NCBI GenBank assembly: GCA_973895155.1
Contig: OZ316893.1
Coordinates: 4,012,490-4,076,489 of the forward strand
Direction: 5' to 3'
Length of the DNA stretch: 64,000 nucleotides
Origin: Marsupella aquatica
Lineage: Eukaryota > Plantae > Marchantiophyta
Below the pieces are notes generated by a model. It ran no database searches, was not told the origin of the DNA, and was given only the letters and a program-made list of their open reading frames with translations. The position numbers and the translations under genes were made by a program. Position 1 is the first letter of the stretch, and every line of letters begins with the position of its first letter. Shown in pieces: positions 34,256-45,780 of the stretch.

Positions 34256-37099
34256 AACTGTTGCTTTTGTTCAGATGTCTTGTGTTCACGTCCTCTGACG
34301 TCCTTTGATCAGCAAGGTGAGCGGGAGCTGTACTTGCCTCACCAACAACAACCAACCTGAACTTATCAGTTCCCACTCACTGTGTCATTCCCTTGATTCC
34401 AACTAGAGGTCATAGTATAAACTTAGCATGAAACACTCCTAATCAACAATGTTGCAAACTACAATATCTAGAAACACTGAAAGTCTCTGCCTGCAGTGAG
34501 CAACAGAGAGGTAGTTCACTGCTTGCAAGAGTGACTGAGCAGGAGTGTAGGCAGACTGGCATTCAGTTGGCACAACTATATTGTGCATCAGCACAAAAGC
34601 TCTTATAAACATGATATGCATGAAACTCATCGATAAAATAGAAGGAAACTAAACAGTGGATGCAAAACAAAGCAAATTACAGCACAGGTCGGCACAGGGC
34701 AAAATAGAGCAAAACAGAGCATGGATCGAGAAAATGAACAACATGTAGTTCTTACGCAAGAAACTCAGTGACAGCAAACAAATTCACTAGCCCCAGGGAG
34801 TGAAGCAAATGAGTACCAAGCCAACCAACTAAGATTGACTATGAAATGCAAGTGACATCATTTCAACCAAAAAAAACAATAAAGCACTTAGGCAACATTA
34901 ATATAGAAGTGTAGTGGAATTATATCATGCGACAGATCATACTTGGTTCTACCTGAGGTGTACAGGCATACTGCCCTCAGGTAGAATGTGTATGCCCGCA
35001 CATATACAAGAGGATCCCCAACAAAGCATACAACAATATGATCTGAATTCCCAATTACTCTGTTCTGTCTATACCTATGTTCATCAAAAAATGTTATGAG
35101 CAGACATTGAGAAGCTAGCAAAATAGAGGAGCCAATTGAAGCCAAAATATTACATTGCAGGTTGAATACATCAGTCACTGCCAAGAATCTATGCATGAAA
35201 CAAACATGAAGGTATCGAATATGTATATGCATTACAGACTTTCATGCTAGACAGTGGCCAAAGTTAAAATGAACTAGTTTTGACTTTATGACTCTCTGAA
35301 TGAAAATATTTTATTTCAGAATTATATTCTATTTCAGAATGGGTTCAACTCTGTGGATTGTGAACTGTCCCACTTGGAATTCCACTATTTGGGCTATCTA
35401 AGAATGCAGTTCAAAGGACATACAGTGCAAGACAGTTAGAGATCATGTCTTCATTCCGACGTCCAATTGGACATTTTATGTCACAAACTGCGCAAGCAAT
35501 GAAGTCCATGGAATTTTCTCAAAAATGCAGCTTCTGTTGTTGGTAAAAGCAACTATGAGTTTCCTATTGAGTGCCCCCAATGCACAATACTACCAGAGGC
35601 CCACTTTAGACAACGATGGCTGTCATTACTTATTGGGAACTCGGATGCATATATATTGAAATGCTTCGCAGAGTGTTCCGACCACAGGCAAACCTAACAT
35701 CAATCTCAACATTCAGTCCCGTCTCAGAATTGATTTAGAGGAGGCTTAGCATTCAGTACAGTGTCAACAATCAGACTTGTCTTCACATTCAACATCCGAT
35801 TGCAAGGGGCTTCGATGAAAGCACAAGACAGAGCTATAGAAGAAGAGACAGAGGAAGGCACCTGTGTGTTTGGGGAAAATGTGAAGCTCCAAAGACCACC
35901 CTAAACTGAAATCGCAGCGCGAAGTTGGCCGGTCGTAGGTTGATAAAAGCAAAGCATAGAGCCACTTGGACGTCTGCAATGTTGTGAACTTGCTCCTTTC
36001 CTCACACTGTGACTGATGTCGCAAGGCACAACAGTCCTATCAATCCCCACAGAATGTGGAATCTTTCCGTCGCAGTTGAGGTCCTATGCCTGATGACATG
36101 ATCAAGAATGAGTAGCTACAATGTCCAGTCTCTCTTGACAGGGTGACATAGCAGCAATACATACATTGGATCAAAGCACGAGTCGGAGAAAAACAATGAG
36201 AGATAAAAATGGACTTTCGCTCACCCATGTGTTGGATGGAAGAATGCAGCTACGAGGGCCGGTCTCCAGCTACAGCTCCTTGATGGCAAACCGCAGGCTC
36301 TTCCCGGTTCTTCAACCAAAAACTGACCCGAAACACACTCTTGCAATGTAATGAGTCAGTGGCAACAACTCCAATGTAGGTTGCAGCTGCCAATCCGTTC
36401 CCTCCGCCCTCCTTGCCAATGCCAACTCCCGACAGCAATGAGGCTTGTTCAGTTGACCTCCTTTGTAGGAGCTCCCAACTCCCAAAGGAAAACTGTCACT
36501 ACTCAGCTAAAAAACGGCCCCTGGACCTTGTCGCTGCCAATGTGCGTCGTGCGCTCAGTTCTCCTGCCCACCAAGAACTTCAACTATAACTTCAACTCCA
36601 ATGCCCAAGAAGATTGATGAGCTCCTTAGTCAAAGATGTAGCTGGAAGGGTATGCACACACTTACAGTTCACTAAGCTCCAATGCCCGGGACGATTGAGG
36701 AGCTGGTCCTGAGACTGGTCGCAGCTTGCACTCTTCACCTCAGGAATCCCGCGACGTTGTTTGAGCTCACAATACGCTTGGAAGAGAAGGATAGCTGCAG
36801 TAGACTTCACCCTAAGTCTTTACGCCTCCCACACAGGTCCCGCATTAGTAAAGCTTGTGCAGTGCCTTCCGCAGCAGTAGCAAAACTCCCGACGGACTCC
36901 CTCCTTCCGCAGCAGTAGTGATCACCTCCCTTGGCGCAACTACAAATGCGCTCTACTTGCAGCCCAAGGACTAAAATATCCTCAGCACGCAGCGATGGAA
37001 GGTTGGCAATGGGAGAAGTTACATACGGGACCCACACCACCACAATGAGCTCATAGTTTTACGAGGGAAAGTGAAGGAAATGCGCACCCTAGCCAGCCG

Positions 37100-37400
37100 C
37101 AAGGATGCACTTCCGCCTTTGTGTCTGCACCTTCTCCCGTCTCCCGATCAAACGAAGCTCAGACATGTGTGACTAAACGGGACGTGCGACTAAACGGGAC
37201 GCGGGAACGGAAAAGTTTCACCTGATGGTGGCAATCAACTCCATCCAATGGTGCGTGTCCCCCGATTAACCCCCTCCCCCTTGAGATCGATATAACCCCC
37301 ACGCCCATGTCATATAACCCCCCTAAACCCCCTTTAGGTGTCTTGGTAAAACCCCCCTAAAACCCCCTTTAGGTGTCTTGCTACAACCCCCCCTAAACTC
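37100..37400 (-). promoter_or_regulatory. Likely CACTA promoter / 5' leader region
   Basis: GC-richer block upstream of all minus-strand element genes, with short direct repeats (GACTAAACGGGACG x2; ACCCCCTTTAGGTGTCTTG x2). Function inferred from position only. Confidence 0.4.
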
Positions 37401-38306
37401 TGGCAGGATCGGTTACATGCATGTGGATGAGTTAGCTAGGCCTAAACTACACTTCATGTAACACAAAACCCCAAAAAAGCCTCCCTAGCAAACCCTTATG
37501 CCCCTTGCATATAGTTCAGTCAATGGCTATGTAAAGCGTAATCCCATGGCTCAGAATGTGTATGGGATCGGGTAAATATCCTTTAACCAAGCATATGGTA
37601 CTACATTATTTTAAAAAGTGTTCAATGGCCACAATGAAAATGAATGGACAAGTCAATTTTGTTGACTAAATTGGACTTGGCTTACTATTGGCCATTGTCT
37701 TATGTTGACTAAGTATGACTATGTAGTCAGACCTGAATGACTCATTCAATAGAGCAAGATTCTTAAAAAGTTCAATTGTCTTAAGTAGTCATATACATGA
37801 CTACTAATGACTATCAAGTCTTGTGGGGTCTCAAAAATAAGACTGATGTTCAAAGGTTGCACTTGCGTGGTCACCCCAGTCACAAGTGGTTTGGTCACGA
37901 AATGCCCCGGTTTCTACTAGTGGAGTCAGAAGATGGAAGCCAAGGCCGAAGTCCGGAGAGGCCAGTCCTTAGAGCTTATAACCGGGCCCAAATGGAGGAA
38001 CTGGTGGATGTAAATCAACCTGTGGCAGCCCAACAATACTCAGAGGAGGAGATTGGGGGCTTTGTAGAAGAGACCAGCATGCTCGGTAGTCAGGTTAATG
38101 TGGATGACTACGACGATGAAGCTGTCGATCATGGGGCGAGACCAGTGCCGGGAGTGAGAACGTTGGGAAGGTTTTGTAGAAGACTTCCCTCAGTCTTTTA
38201 ATACAAGCCGGAGGATCAGAAAACCCCAAAGTCTCATCCACCGGACGTGACACCATTGGAATTTGACTGAATGAAGGAAGCCGAGGCAGGTCTGAAGCTC
38301 GGGGGT

Positions 38307-38530
38307 TTCACTTCCACAAAAATGGCATATCACGTGCGACAAAGGATAGGGTCATTTTATTGATTGTAAGGGAAGACTTAAGAATTTTTGTAGAAGAACA
38401 ATAGGGTCTTTTAAATTCAATTTTGAGACTTATAAGAACATTAGGGTCTTTTTAATCCAATTTTTGGAATATTCCAAGAATATTTCAACTTTATAGGGGT
38501 TAAAAAATAATATTTGTTTCTTACATTTTA
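38307..38530 (+). mobile_element. 224-bp AT-rich insertion of the dispersed repeat family
   Basis: Flanked by GGGGGT direct repeats (38301-38306, 38531-38536); removing it restores the host reading frame; 5' end matches the 11770 copy. Confidence 0.75.
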
Positions 38531-41500
38531 GGGGGTCCAAGGCCTAAAAACGTCGTAGGTGATGGGGAGGTCCCCATGTAGTGAGACCCCCGAGGTCTGA
38601 AGGAGAAACTCGACGAGTTGAGGTCCCAAAATGACATGCAGGAACGGCAGCTACCAGGCGGTGATTGGCCGAAGGAAATAAGACAGCTTAGTGAGAAGCA
38701 GGCCGAACCTCTCACTGACTTCGATCAATTACAAGCAGAAGCCTGGGAGAAACGGCCTCGTTGGCAGATGCTGGTATCACCTGGCAGATCAAAATATGCC
38801 AGGGATCAGGCTAGGGAGTATGGAGACATGTGTGGACTACTAGCCTTAGAAATCTTCGGCAATGAGTTAGAATCCGGACCATTTCTTAGAAAGGAAATGG
38901 TAGACCAGACAAGGTTGGAGGAGGCAATGACGTTGGAACGATTAAAAAAAGAAGAGGTAATCGCTTGGCTTTGCTCCATGGAAGCCGAAGTTGCTAAGAC
39001 AAAGTCTGATCAACCAACTCAGCAGGATCTCTTGGCTAAGGAGCAGGAATTGGAAGTGGCGAACAACCAATTCAAAAACTACCAATTGGATAACCAGCAG
39101 ATCAAGGAAAAATTGATGAAGGTAGAGCTGGAGTTAGCCGATTCAAAAGCAAAAGTATAGGGTCTAAATCGCCAAGTCAAGAGGCTCAAAAAGACGGCTA
39201 AGGATCAAGCCACCCAGTGCAAGAAGGCCTTGGCAGAAGCCCAAAGGAAGTATGACAAGTTACTCGACAGGTTGGAGGCCATGCGTGAGAAGCATGATGA
39301 CGCCATTTGCACAGCCGCCAATGATCACCTAAGCCGAGTCCAACAGATACGCAAGGAGCTTCAGGAGGAGCTAGTGAGGACAAAGCAGGCATGGACGGAT
39401 GAGGTCACAAAGCTGGAAAGCATCAACAATTCCTAGAGAGCCGCTTTGGATAAGCAGGAGTTTGAGATTGTGCAGATCTTAAACGAGGAGCTCAAGACGG
39501 CCAAAGAGGAGGCGCACCGGCTTAATGAGGAGGTTGAGGATTTATCCCAAGAGCTGGAGGAGGCCAAAGACAAGATGATCGGCTTGTAGAGGCGTGCGGA
39601 TAATCAAACAGAGAAGTTGCGAAAGTATGCCAAAGCAGGGCACGGATCACCAACTGGACGGTCTCCTACTAGTGGCGTGGTCGCTGGGAATACTGAAGTG
39701 CCGAAGCTGACATCTATATTGTCAAGAGTAACCGGGGGTAGGGCAATGCAGTTGGTTGTGGATCTGGCCAAAACATTCATGGGGCCAGCAGGTACTTCTG
39801 GGGTACCTCTTAAAGCCACGCCAGAAGAGGTCAAGAGTATGGCCGCCCACATTTGTGGGACTGTTGCTACAAAGGCAGCCATGGTAGAGATAAGTAATGC
39901 CGATGAACTTGGAGCTGCGGTAACAGGTTCATACACCGGTACAGCCACCATGGACTACCAGAATGTAAAGCCGTGGAAACTCAATACAGAACGTATTGGA
40001 GAGCGGGCTTGGATTGAGGAAGTGAAGGCCAACGCTATCGAAGCCATTTTTCAATAGGATGCCAATGCCGCAGCCGATGCCGAGGCCGACAAACCAGAAC
40101 CCAAAGTCGAGGAGGCCGGAGGGATCAAGCCGGAGCCGATGGCAGGAGAAGGTGCAGAGTCCGAAGATTCGGACTTACCCCCGGTCATCTGACAATTAAG
40201 GAGGGCCAGTTATCGGTTGGAAGGAGGACGTGGCGGCAGGAGAAGGGCTTGGGCCAGAAAGGCGCGGCCGTTGTAGGATGGGACAGGGCAAGTATCGCCT
40301 TGTCGGCTTACGTAGTATTAGATACTCGGTTCCCACAAGGTTCCGGGCTAGTCAAGTTTTTTAGGTAATAGTTTTTTTGTTGGATTATCGCGGTGAAAGG
40401 CCGTGAGTTGTGGTTAGGATTCCGTTTTTTCCCTTGAACGCGCTGCAAGGATAAAAACCTGGGCAGCGTGGCTCAGGGGGCTTTTTCTTAGTCAAGACTC
40501 TAGTGTAAACATCAGTATGCTAGCATACAGCTCTTGGCTAAATCTAGACCGCGGATTATCAGTAAACCACAAAATTCCATTTCTGTGCAATTGTTTGAAT
40601 TGAGTTGGCCTTGTTGCCTAGTTCACAGATTCTTGCAATCATGGCGTTGTGTGTTGTGATACTTGTCGCTTGATCAATTTAAGTCAGTTAGAGCGATACT
40701 GTGAAGCTATACAATCGAATTGTCTTGATTGGAGACTGCCAAACCAAACTCTGAGAGAAAAGTGAGGATTGAGAGTGTTTCGTTGGTTAAAGTGTGGGTT
40801 GAGTCGGTCTGAGAAAAACCTTCAGCCAGCTTAAGAGATTAAGCCATAGAGGTACATTCCAGGGGCGGAATACAAACATACCCGACGAAGTCAATTGATA
40901 ATTAGGTGTCACAGCAATGCACAATTCACAAGCCCAGTGAAAGAATCGTTCCAGCATAGACTTGTGGATCGAGAGTTGATCGCGTTTCCAAGCCGAATGG
41001 TAGCCAAACCACCATAAGCCGACCATAAGTAGGGGTTTATAGCAGCAGGCGGATGGTTCTTGGGGTTAGAGGTGTTGGGAAACGCGCCACAACTTTACCT
41101 AAATTGGACTTCAACGGTAACTCAACACCAACCCCAAGGGGTGTCGGCGCGATATTGCCACTTCCTCCCACCAGCCCCTGTGGTAGAGTCACCACTCTCC
41201 AATCCTGACATTATTCCTTCACCCCCCCCCCCCCCCCTTGCCACCTCCTCTTCACATACTTTGCATGGAACCTGCCACCCCCCCGACTAGACTACTTGAG
41301 GGAATGGAGAACCAACCCTTTGGCTCTCTGGTTGGCTCTCCGGCCCTACCCATTTAAGCCTTCCATCCCCTGCCTTCACCTTGCAACCATTTGACAGCAG
41401 AGAATTTTGTGAATTATTGGACATTGCATTTGTTAATGCCCCTCCCTGATTTATGTAAAGTACAGCCAATTTCTACATGTATTTAGTAGGTATACTAATA

Positions 41501-42929
41501 AGTCAAACAGTGCCTTGACCATGATTTCCTATGAAAAGTAAGTATAAGAAGAGATGCTCCATGGGCATAGGGAGAATGTACATGAGAGCAGGCAATTGTA
41601 TATGGCTTGGTATATGGTTACCGGCGTACAAGATGAGGGGTAACAAAGAACGTCATTTATATGATGAAATAAACCTAAATAACCATTCGATAGCCGACAA
41701 ATGTATCTGGTTACCGGTGTGCTACGTGAGGAATTTAACACAGAGGGAGCCCCCCCCCCCCCAAATCCTCCTCCTTTTCAGTTTTGTTGCCTCTCGGGTG
41801 GTAACTTAGTTCTGAGAAAAGACTTGAAAAAATTTGTGTAAGAATATAAGAATTCCAGTAATACACACCCTAAACCTTAAAAAAATACAATAATAATTTA
41901 CTATTTTAACCCCTCAGTTTATGAATATTCTTGAAATATTCCCCAATTTGGTCATTTTCCTCCAAATTTTGTACTAAAAACCTCTATAGTTCTTATAGTT
42001 TTCAAACCGGGATTAAAACACCCCTCTTGTTCTCCAACAGCAATTTTAAAGTCTTTGGCGCAATTGAATAAAAAACCCTAACTTATTTGCTCACGATGGG
42101 TTGGAAGAAAAGAAATGAGGATCCTGCAAGAATAGGGATCCACATAGAAGTCTTATAAGTTATTGTGTGTTTGGTAAGGCTACTATTTTGGGAGACTTCA
42201 TCATCGTTTTGATGGGGCCCTTGTGATATTCACATAAGTGCGGCTTCATAGGACCAGCAGATACTCTCGCCACCATTATCTGTTTTGACAACAGAGTTTC
42301 ACCAGCAGCTTTTGGTAAAGTTACACTCTGCTCAAGATTGAGCAATCCATCATATTTCTATAGAAATCAATACCCATATTTAGTGGACCATTAGTGTTAA
42401 ATTATGATGTTTTCCTTCTTGACGATCCAATCATTACTCATTCCATGCACACGTAATCGACACAATCTCTACGTGGTTCACCTCTTCTCTAAGGCTACGT
42501 CCACACAACACTCAAGCTTTACTTCAAGAGTAGACGTACACACATGCCCTCCCTCTTCCTAAAGTTGCTCTGTTACAATGAGTAACACACCAGCGGCGTA
42601 CACTAGCCCCGGTATATACAAGGTCAGACATGACTAACCTAACCTCAGCTAAGACCCTAACTGTGGTTAGCTTAAGTGCCATAACCTTTGAGTCACAAGA
42701 CTAAGAGCAATCCTTAATAAACTCCCCCTTGACTCTAGTCTTGGGGACTGCAATTTCTGCTATCCATATGAGATACTCAACGGGAAATTCTAGACAATCA
42801 CCTAAAATCATAGGTGTCCCCCTAAAAACCATTTAAGGTTAACTAAGGGTTAATAAACTAGAATTAAGCCGTAGCCATAACAAGATTGAGTAACCCGTAT
42901 ATAGAAATTACATATTGATAAGTTACTCT

Positions 42930-43056
42930 ACTAGTGCTGCAAATGCAAAACTTGCAAAGTAGCATGGTGTTTTGAGTAACTCTCCAAAGGAATCAATTTG
43001 GTAAAAGCATCAACTGGGTTGAGTTTTCCATCAATCTTGACTAGCTCAAACAGCCG
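42930..43056 (-). pseudogene. Copia RNase H C-terminal remnant
   Basis: RLFELVKIDGKLNPVDAFTKLIPLESY...LQVL* resembles the Copia pol end motif (VKI.T..NPAD.FTK.L). Confidence 0.75.
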
Positions 43057-43281
43057 GGAGCATAATGGCCCCGACTCTAAGCAACCCACTCTCGGTTCGC
43101 CCCACTGATGGTCAAGGGGCCAAGCACCCTTGGAACTAAACCTCCACGCCTACTTGGCCTTGCCTCCTGAATGCAAGCTCCCTTGGGAGACTGAACGCGG
43201 CTTGGCTGCTATTTTGGCAGGATTTGGCAAGCAGGAGAGCTAACACCCGCAAACCTCAAGAACCCATGGCACCCCCAGACC

Positions 43282-43312
43282 TAGGGTTTAGGGTTTAGGG
43301 TTTAGGGTTTAG
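43282..43312 (+). repeat. Interstitial plant telomeric repeat (TTTAGGG)~4
   Basis: TAGGGTTTAGGGTTTAGGGTTTAGGGTTTAG. Confidence 0.9.
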
Positions 43313-43951
43313 CCCTCCTTGAGATTTTTTCAACGCATCCAAGAAGTCCTCCAACAGACTTCCCGTTGGGAAGATATTGCCTTTTCCGTTTGGCGCTTTC
43401 CCTTAGTGTCGCGACCGCCACGGCTCACGACTTCGGCTCGCCCTTAGCACCCAGGGAGACACCACTCCCCTCATATATGCTTCTGGAGACCTGTCACCCC
43501 CAGACTAGCTTTGGTCCTTAAACATTTGGCCTCCAACCCGGATCCTATCGCGCAAACTAGGCGCGACACCAATTGGCAATGCCCATAACTTCTTCGTTAG
43601 GCGTCTGCAAGCGGATTTCCTTGGCCCGCTATGATCGGGCTGACCCAGTGCTCATGTCTAGGCCCTCGGGTCTCATCGCTGCTCAGGGTACCTGATCGGC
43701 TAAACCCGGATCGGGCCATAACTCACATCCCAAGCGTCCGTTGCCCATGGCGTCAACTCCATTGGCCTTGGGCCCAAGAGGATCTCACACTCAAGCCCTT
43801 AGAACTCAAAGTCCGTCTAGGGGTCCGGACAGTTGACCTTGAGTCCGGCCCCTTTTCCCCTTGACCCAACCAGCTCTCAGCTAGCCTAAGTCGTTAGTGT
43901 GAATCACCAGTTTGGCTCCTTGCCTTCGCTAGCGCCACGTTTCATTGCCCA

Positions 43952-44629
43952 TTAGTCTCCCCATGCCAAGTCCTCCCCGGATGGCGTATCCAGGCCTGGA
44001 CCATAACAGAGCTCGGTGTCGGAGCTAAGTGTTAAGGTAGTTGAGTTCCACGACTGTGCATCATCTAACAGCAAAGAGCTTATCACCTCATCATATAAAA
44101 TGGTTTTCAGGTCTCTATACAAGAGAACCTGCCTCAAACCCTGATACGATGGGGGTAAGGAGCTGAGAAGAAGCAATGCCTTATCTTCATCTTCCACTCC
44201 CTTGCCAAGATTTGACAAATCCACAGCTAGGCTGTCGAATTCGTCCAAGTGATCTCTAAGCTTGCCTCCTTCTTTGAGCCTCAAGCTCATCAAGAGAGAC
44301 TTCTTGTACAATTGATCTAAGGCATCCTCGTGGTAGTACTTCTCTCTTAGAGCCTTGAACAAGGATACACAATCCTTGTAGTCATCAAGTTTCTTGATTA
44401 TGTGCGGCTTCAGATACAACATCACCGCATTAATAGCGATCACTTGCTTCTGCCTCCATTTCCTCAATGGGATCTCCTCTTCATTGCTAGACTCCTCTCG
44501 AGTAGATAGCAGATGATCTAGGCCCATAGCTCGAAGAATTCTCTTGACTTGCTTCTCCCATAACAAGTAATCCGTCCGCCCATCATACTTTTTCACCTCA
44601 AACTTGACACCTCCAAACTTGGATGCCAT
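43952..44629 (-). CDS. gag: Copia Gag (Retrotran_gag_2/UBN2-type), truncated before the zinc knuckle
   Basis: KFEVKKYDGRTDYLLWEKQVKRIL...LKEGGKLRDHLDEF...L.NLG..VEDEDKALLLLSSLPPSY. Confidence 0.9.
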   Translation of the reverse strand: MASKFGGVKFEVKKYDGRTDYLLWEKQVKRILRAMGLDHLLSTREESSNEEEIPLRKWRQKQVIAINAVMLYLKPHIIKKLDDYKDCVSLFKALREKYYHEDALDQLYKKSLLMSLRLKEGGKLRDHLDEFDSLAVDLSNLGKGVEDEDKALLLLSSLPPSYQGLRQVLLYRDLKTILYDEVISSLLLDDAQSWNSTTLTLSSDTELCYGPGLDTPSGEDLAWGD

Positions 44630-44960
44630 CTTTGTCCTCCCGATGTTCTCCGTGTGCTATTGCTACGTTGCTTCCTATATCCTTTTGTCGCTTTTTCCTT
44701 TCTTCTGTCCTAGTGACTCAACTCAAATCATGGAAAAATGTCAAATTGTGAAATTTCTCAAAAATCTTGTAGCTTGTCACCGCCATGTAGCCCACCAGCC
44801 TAGCAAACCAACGCCGAAATCCAAAATCAAAACCAAGCTTCGACGGAAAATTTTTCATGTTTCGGTCGGGGTGGGTAAAACTAAAAAATTTCTCCCTCGT
44901 TTTGACCACCTCGGGGAATAACCAGAATGCCAAGTAAATGCAAATAGATTGGTGCACTGT

Positions 44961-45780
44961 GTTGCTAGCTTCAGTGCCTACGACCTTGCCAAAAAAGAAC
45001 CCAAAAAGTTATCATCTTTTGATCAGAATCTTTTACGAATGGCTGAAAATATGCTCTCCATATTTTTTGGAATATTCCTTGAATATATAGCAGGTCTCAC
45101 AGGGGGCCGTTCCCCCTATCCAAGCTGTTCAATTGGTGAGTCATCAGGCCCAAAATGTCGCTTAACTAATGAGGAGTCAGGAAAGAAATTAAAAAACCGG
45201 AGCTTAAGGGGGGTTTAAGCCCCTTAACTTGAAATATGGTATGTACAAGGGCGCAATGAGGGCGTATGGCCAGTACGTGTGACTGTTGCCGGTCCCAACA
45301 GGGCCGGCTGTCATGAGGAAAAAAGCATGCCATGAAGCGGCGATCAAGAAAAAATAGGGTCGGGAGGGGGAAATGGGATGCGAAGGGCCGGGCGGGAGAA
45401 CTTAGTCATGACTCTAACTAAACGGCAGCGGTAGGGCGGGTGATGGCAGGAAGCTGCAAAAATAAAACAACCGCCAGCCACTGAGGTGGCCGCGACCGCA
45501 AAATGGAGTAGTCGGGGAGGTGGAGGGGGTAATGTGTATGTGTCACGTTGCTAGCTTCAATGGCTACGATCTAACCAAAAAAGAACCCAAAAAGTTATTG
45601 TCTTTCATTTGGAATCTTTTTTGAATGGCCAAAAACATGCTCTCTGTATTTTTGGAATATTCTCTGACTGTGTAGCAGGTCTCACAGGGGGCTGTTCATC
45701 CTGTCCAAGCGGTTAAATTGGTGAGTCACCGGGCCCGGGATGCGGCACAACCAATGAGGAGAGGGAGGAAAAAATTAAAA
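44961..45780. repeat. ~230-bp diverged direct duplication in the Copia 5' leader
   Basis: GTTGCTAGCTTCA...AAAAAAGAACCCAAAAAGTTAT...GCAGGTCTCACAGGGGGC...AATTGGTGAGTCA at 44961-45195 and 45547-45780. Confidence 0.85.

Larger units (their letters stand above)
22041..37922 (-). mobile_element. Complete CACTA/EnSpm DNA transposon (15,882 bp) with cargo genes
   Basis: Perfect 18-bp TIR CACTAGTAGAAACCGGGG at 22041-22058 and, as reverse complement, at 37905-37922; 3-bp flanks GAC/GAG (one mismatch); dense subterminal (A/G)TGAC(T/C) motifs at both ends; TnpD and TnpA-like coding regions inside; interrupts an ORF that rejoins across it. Confidence 0.97.
20638..40191 (+). pseudogene. Retrotransposon-type accessory ORF (plant transposon protein-like domain + long coiled coil), split by the CACTA and by a 224-bp insertion
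   Basis: Segments 20638-22040, 37923-38306 and 38537-40191 rejoin in frame across the insertions (DEQMDS[D/E]SEDGSQ; GLKLGG|PRPKNV). GLEGFIRLPW...LLDFV...YGKVFKLTPALIKAVFALP resembles Transposase_32/PMD-like domains; heptad-rich 38.9-39.6 kb; several in-frame stops. Confidence 0.65.
20194..41514. mobile_element. PIF/Harbinger-like TIR pair bracketing the nested TE block
   Basis: 30-bp TIR GGCACTGTTTGACTTATTAG(G/T)ATACCTACT at 20194-20223 and, as reverse complement, at 41485-41514 (1 mismatch). Flanks are TTT/TTG, not a clean TTA/TAA TSD. Confidence 0.7.

Noticed and set aside
35764-37043. Several short ORFs near the CACTA right end as additional cargo
   Set aside because: No motif, conflicting strands and many stops; may be leader exons.
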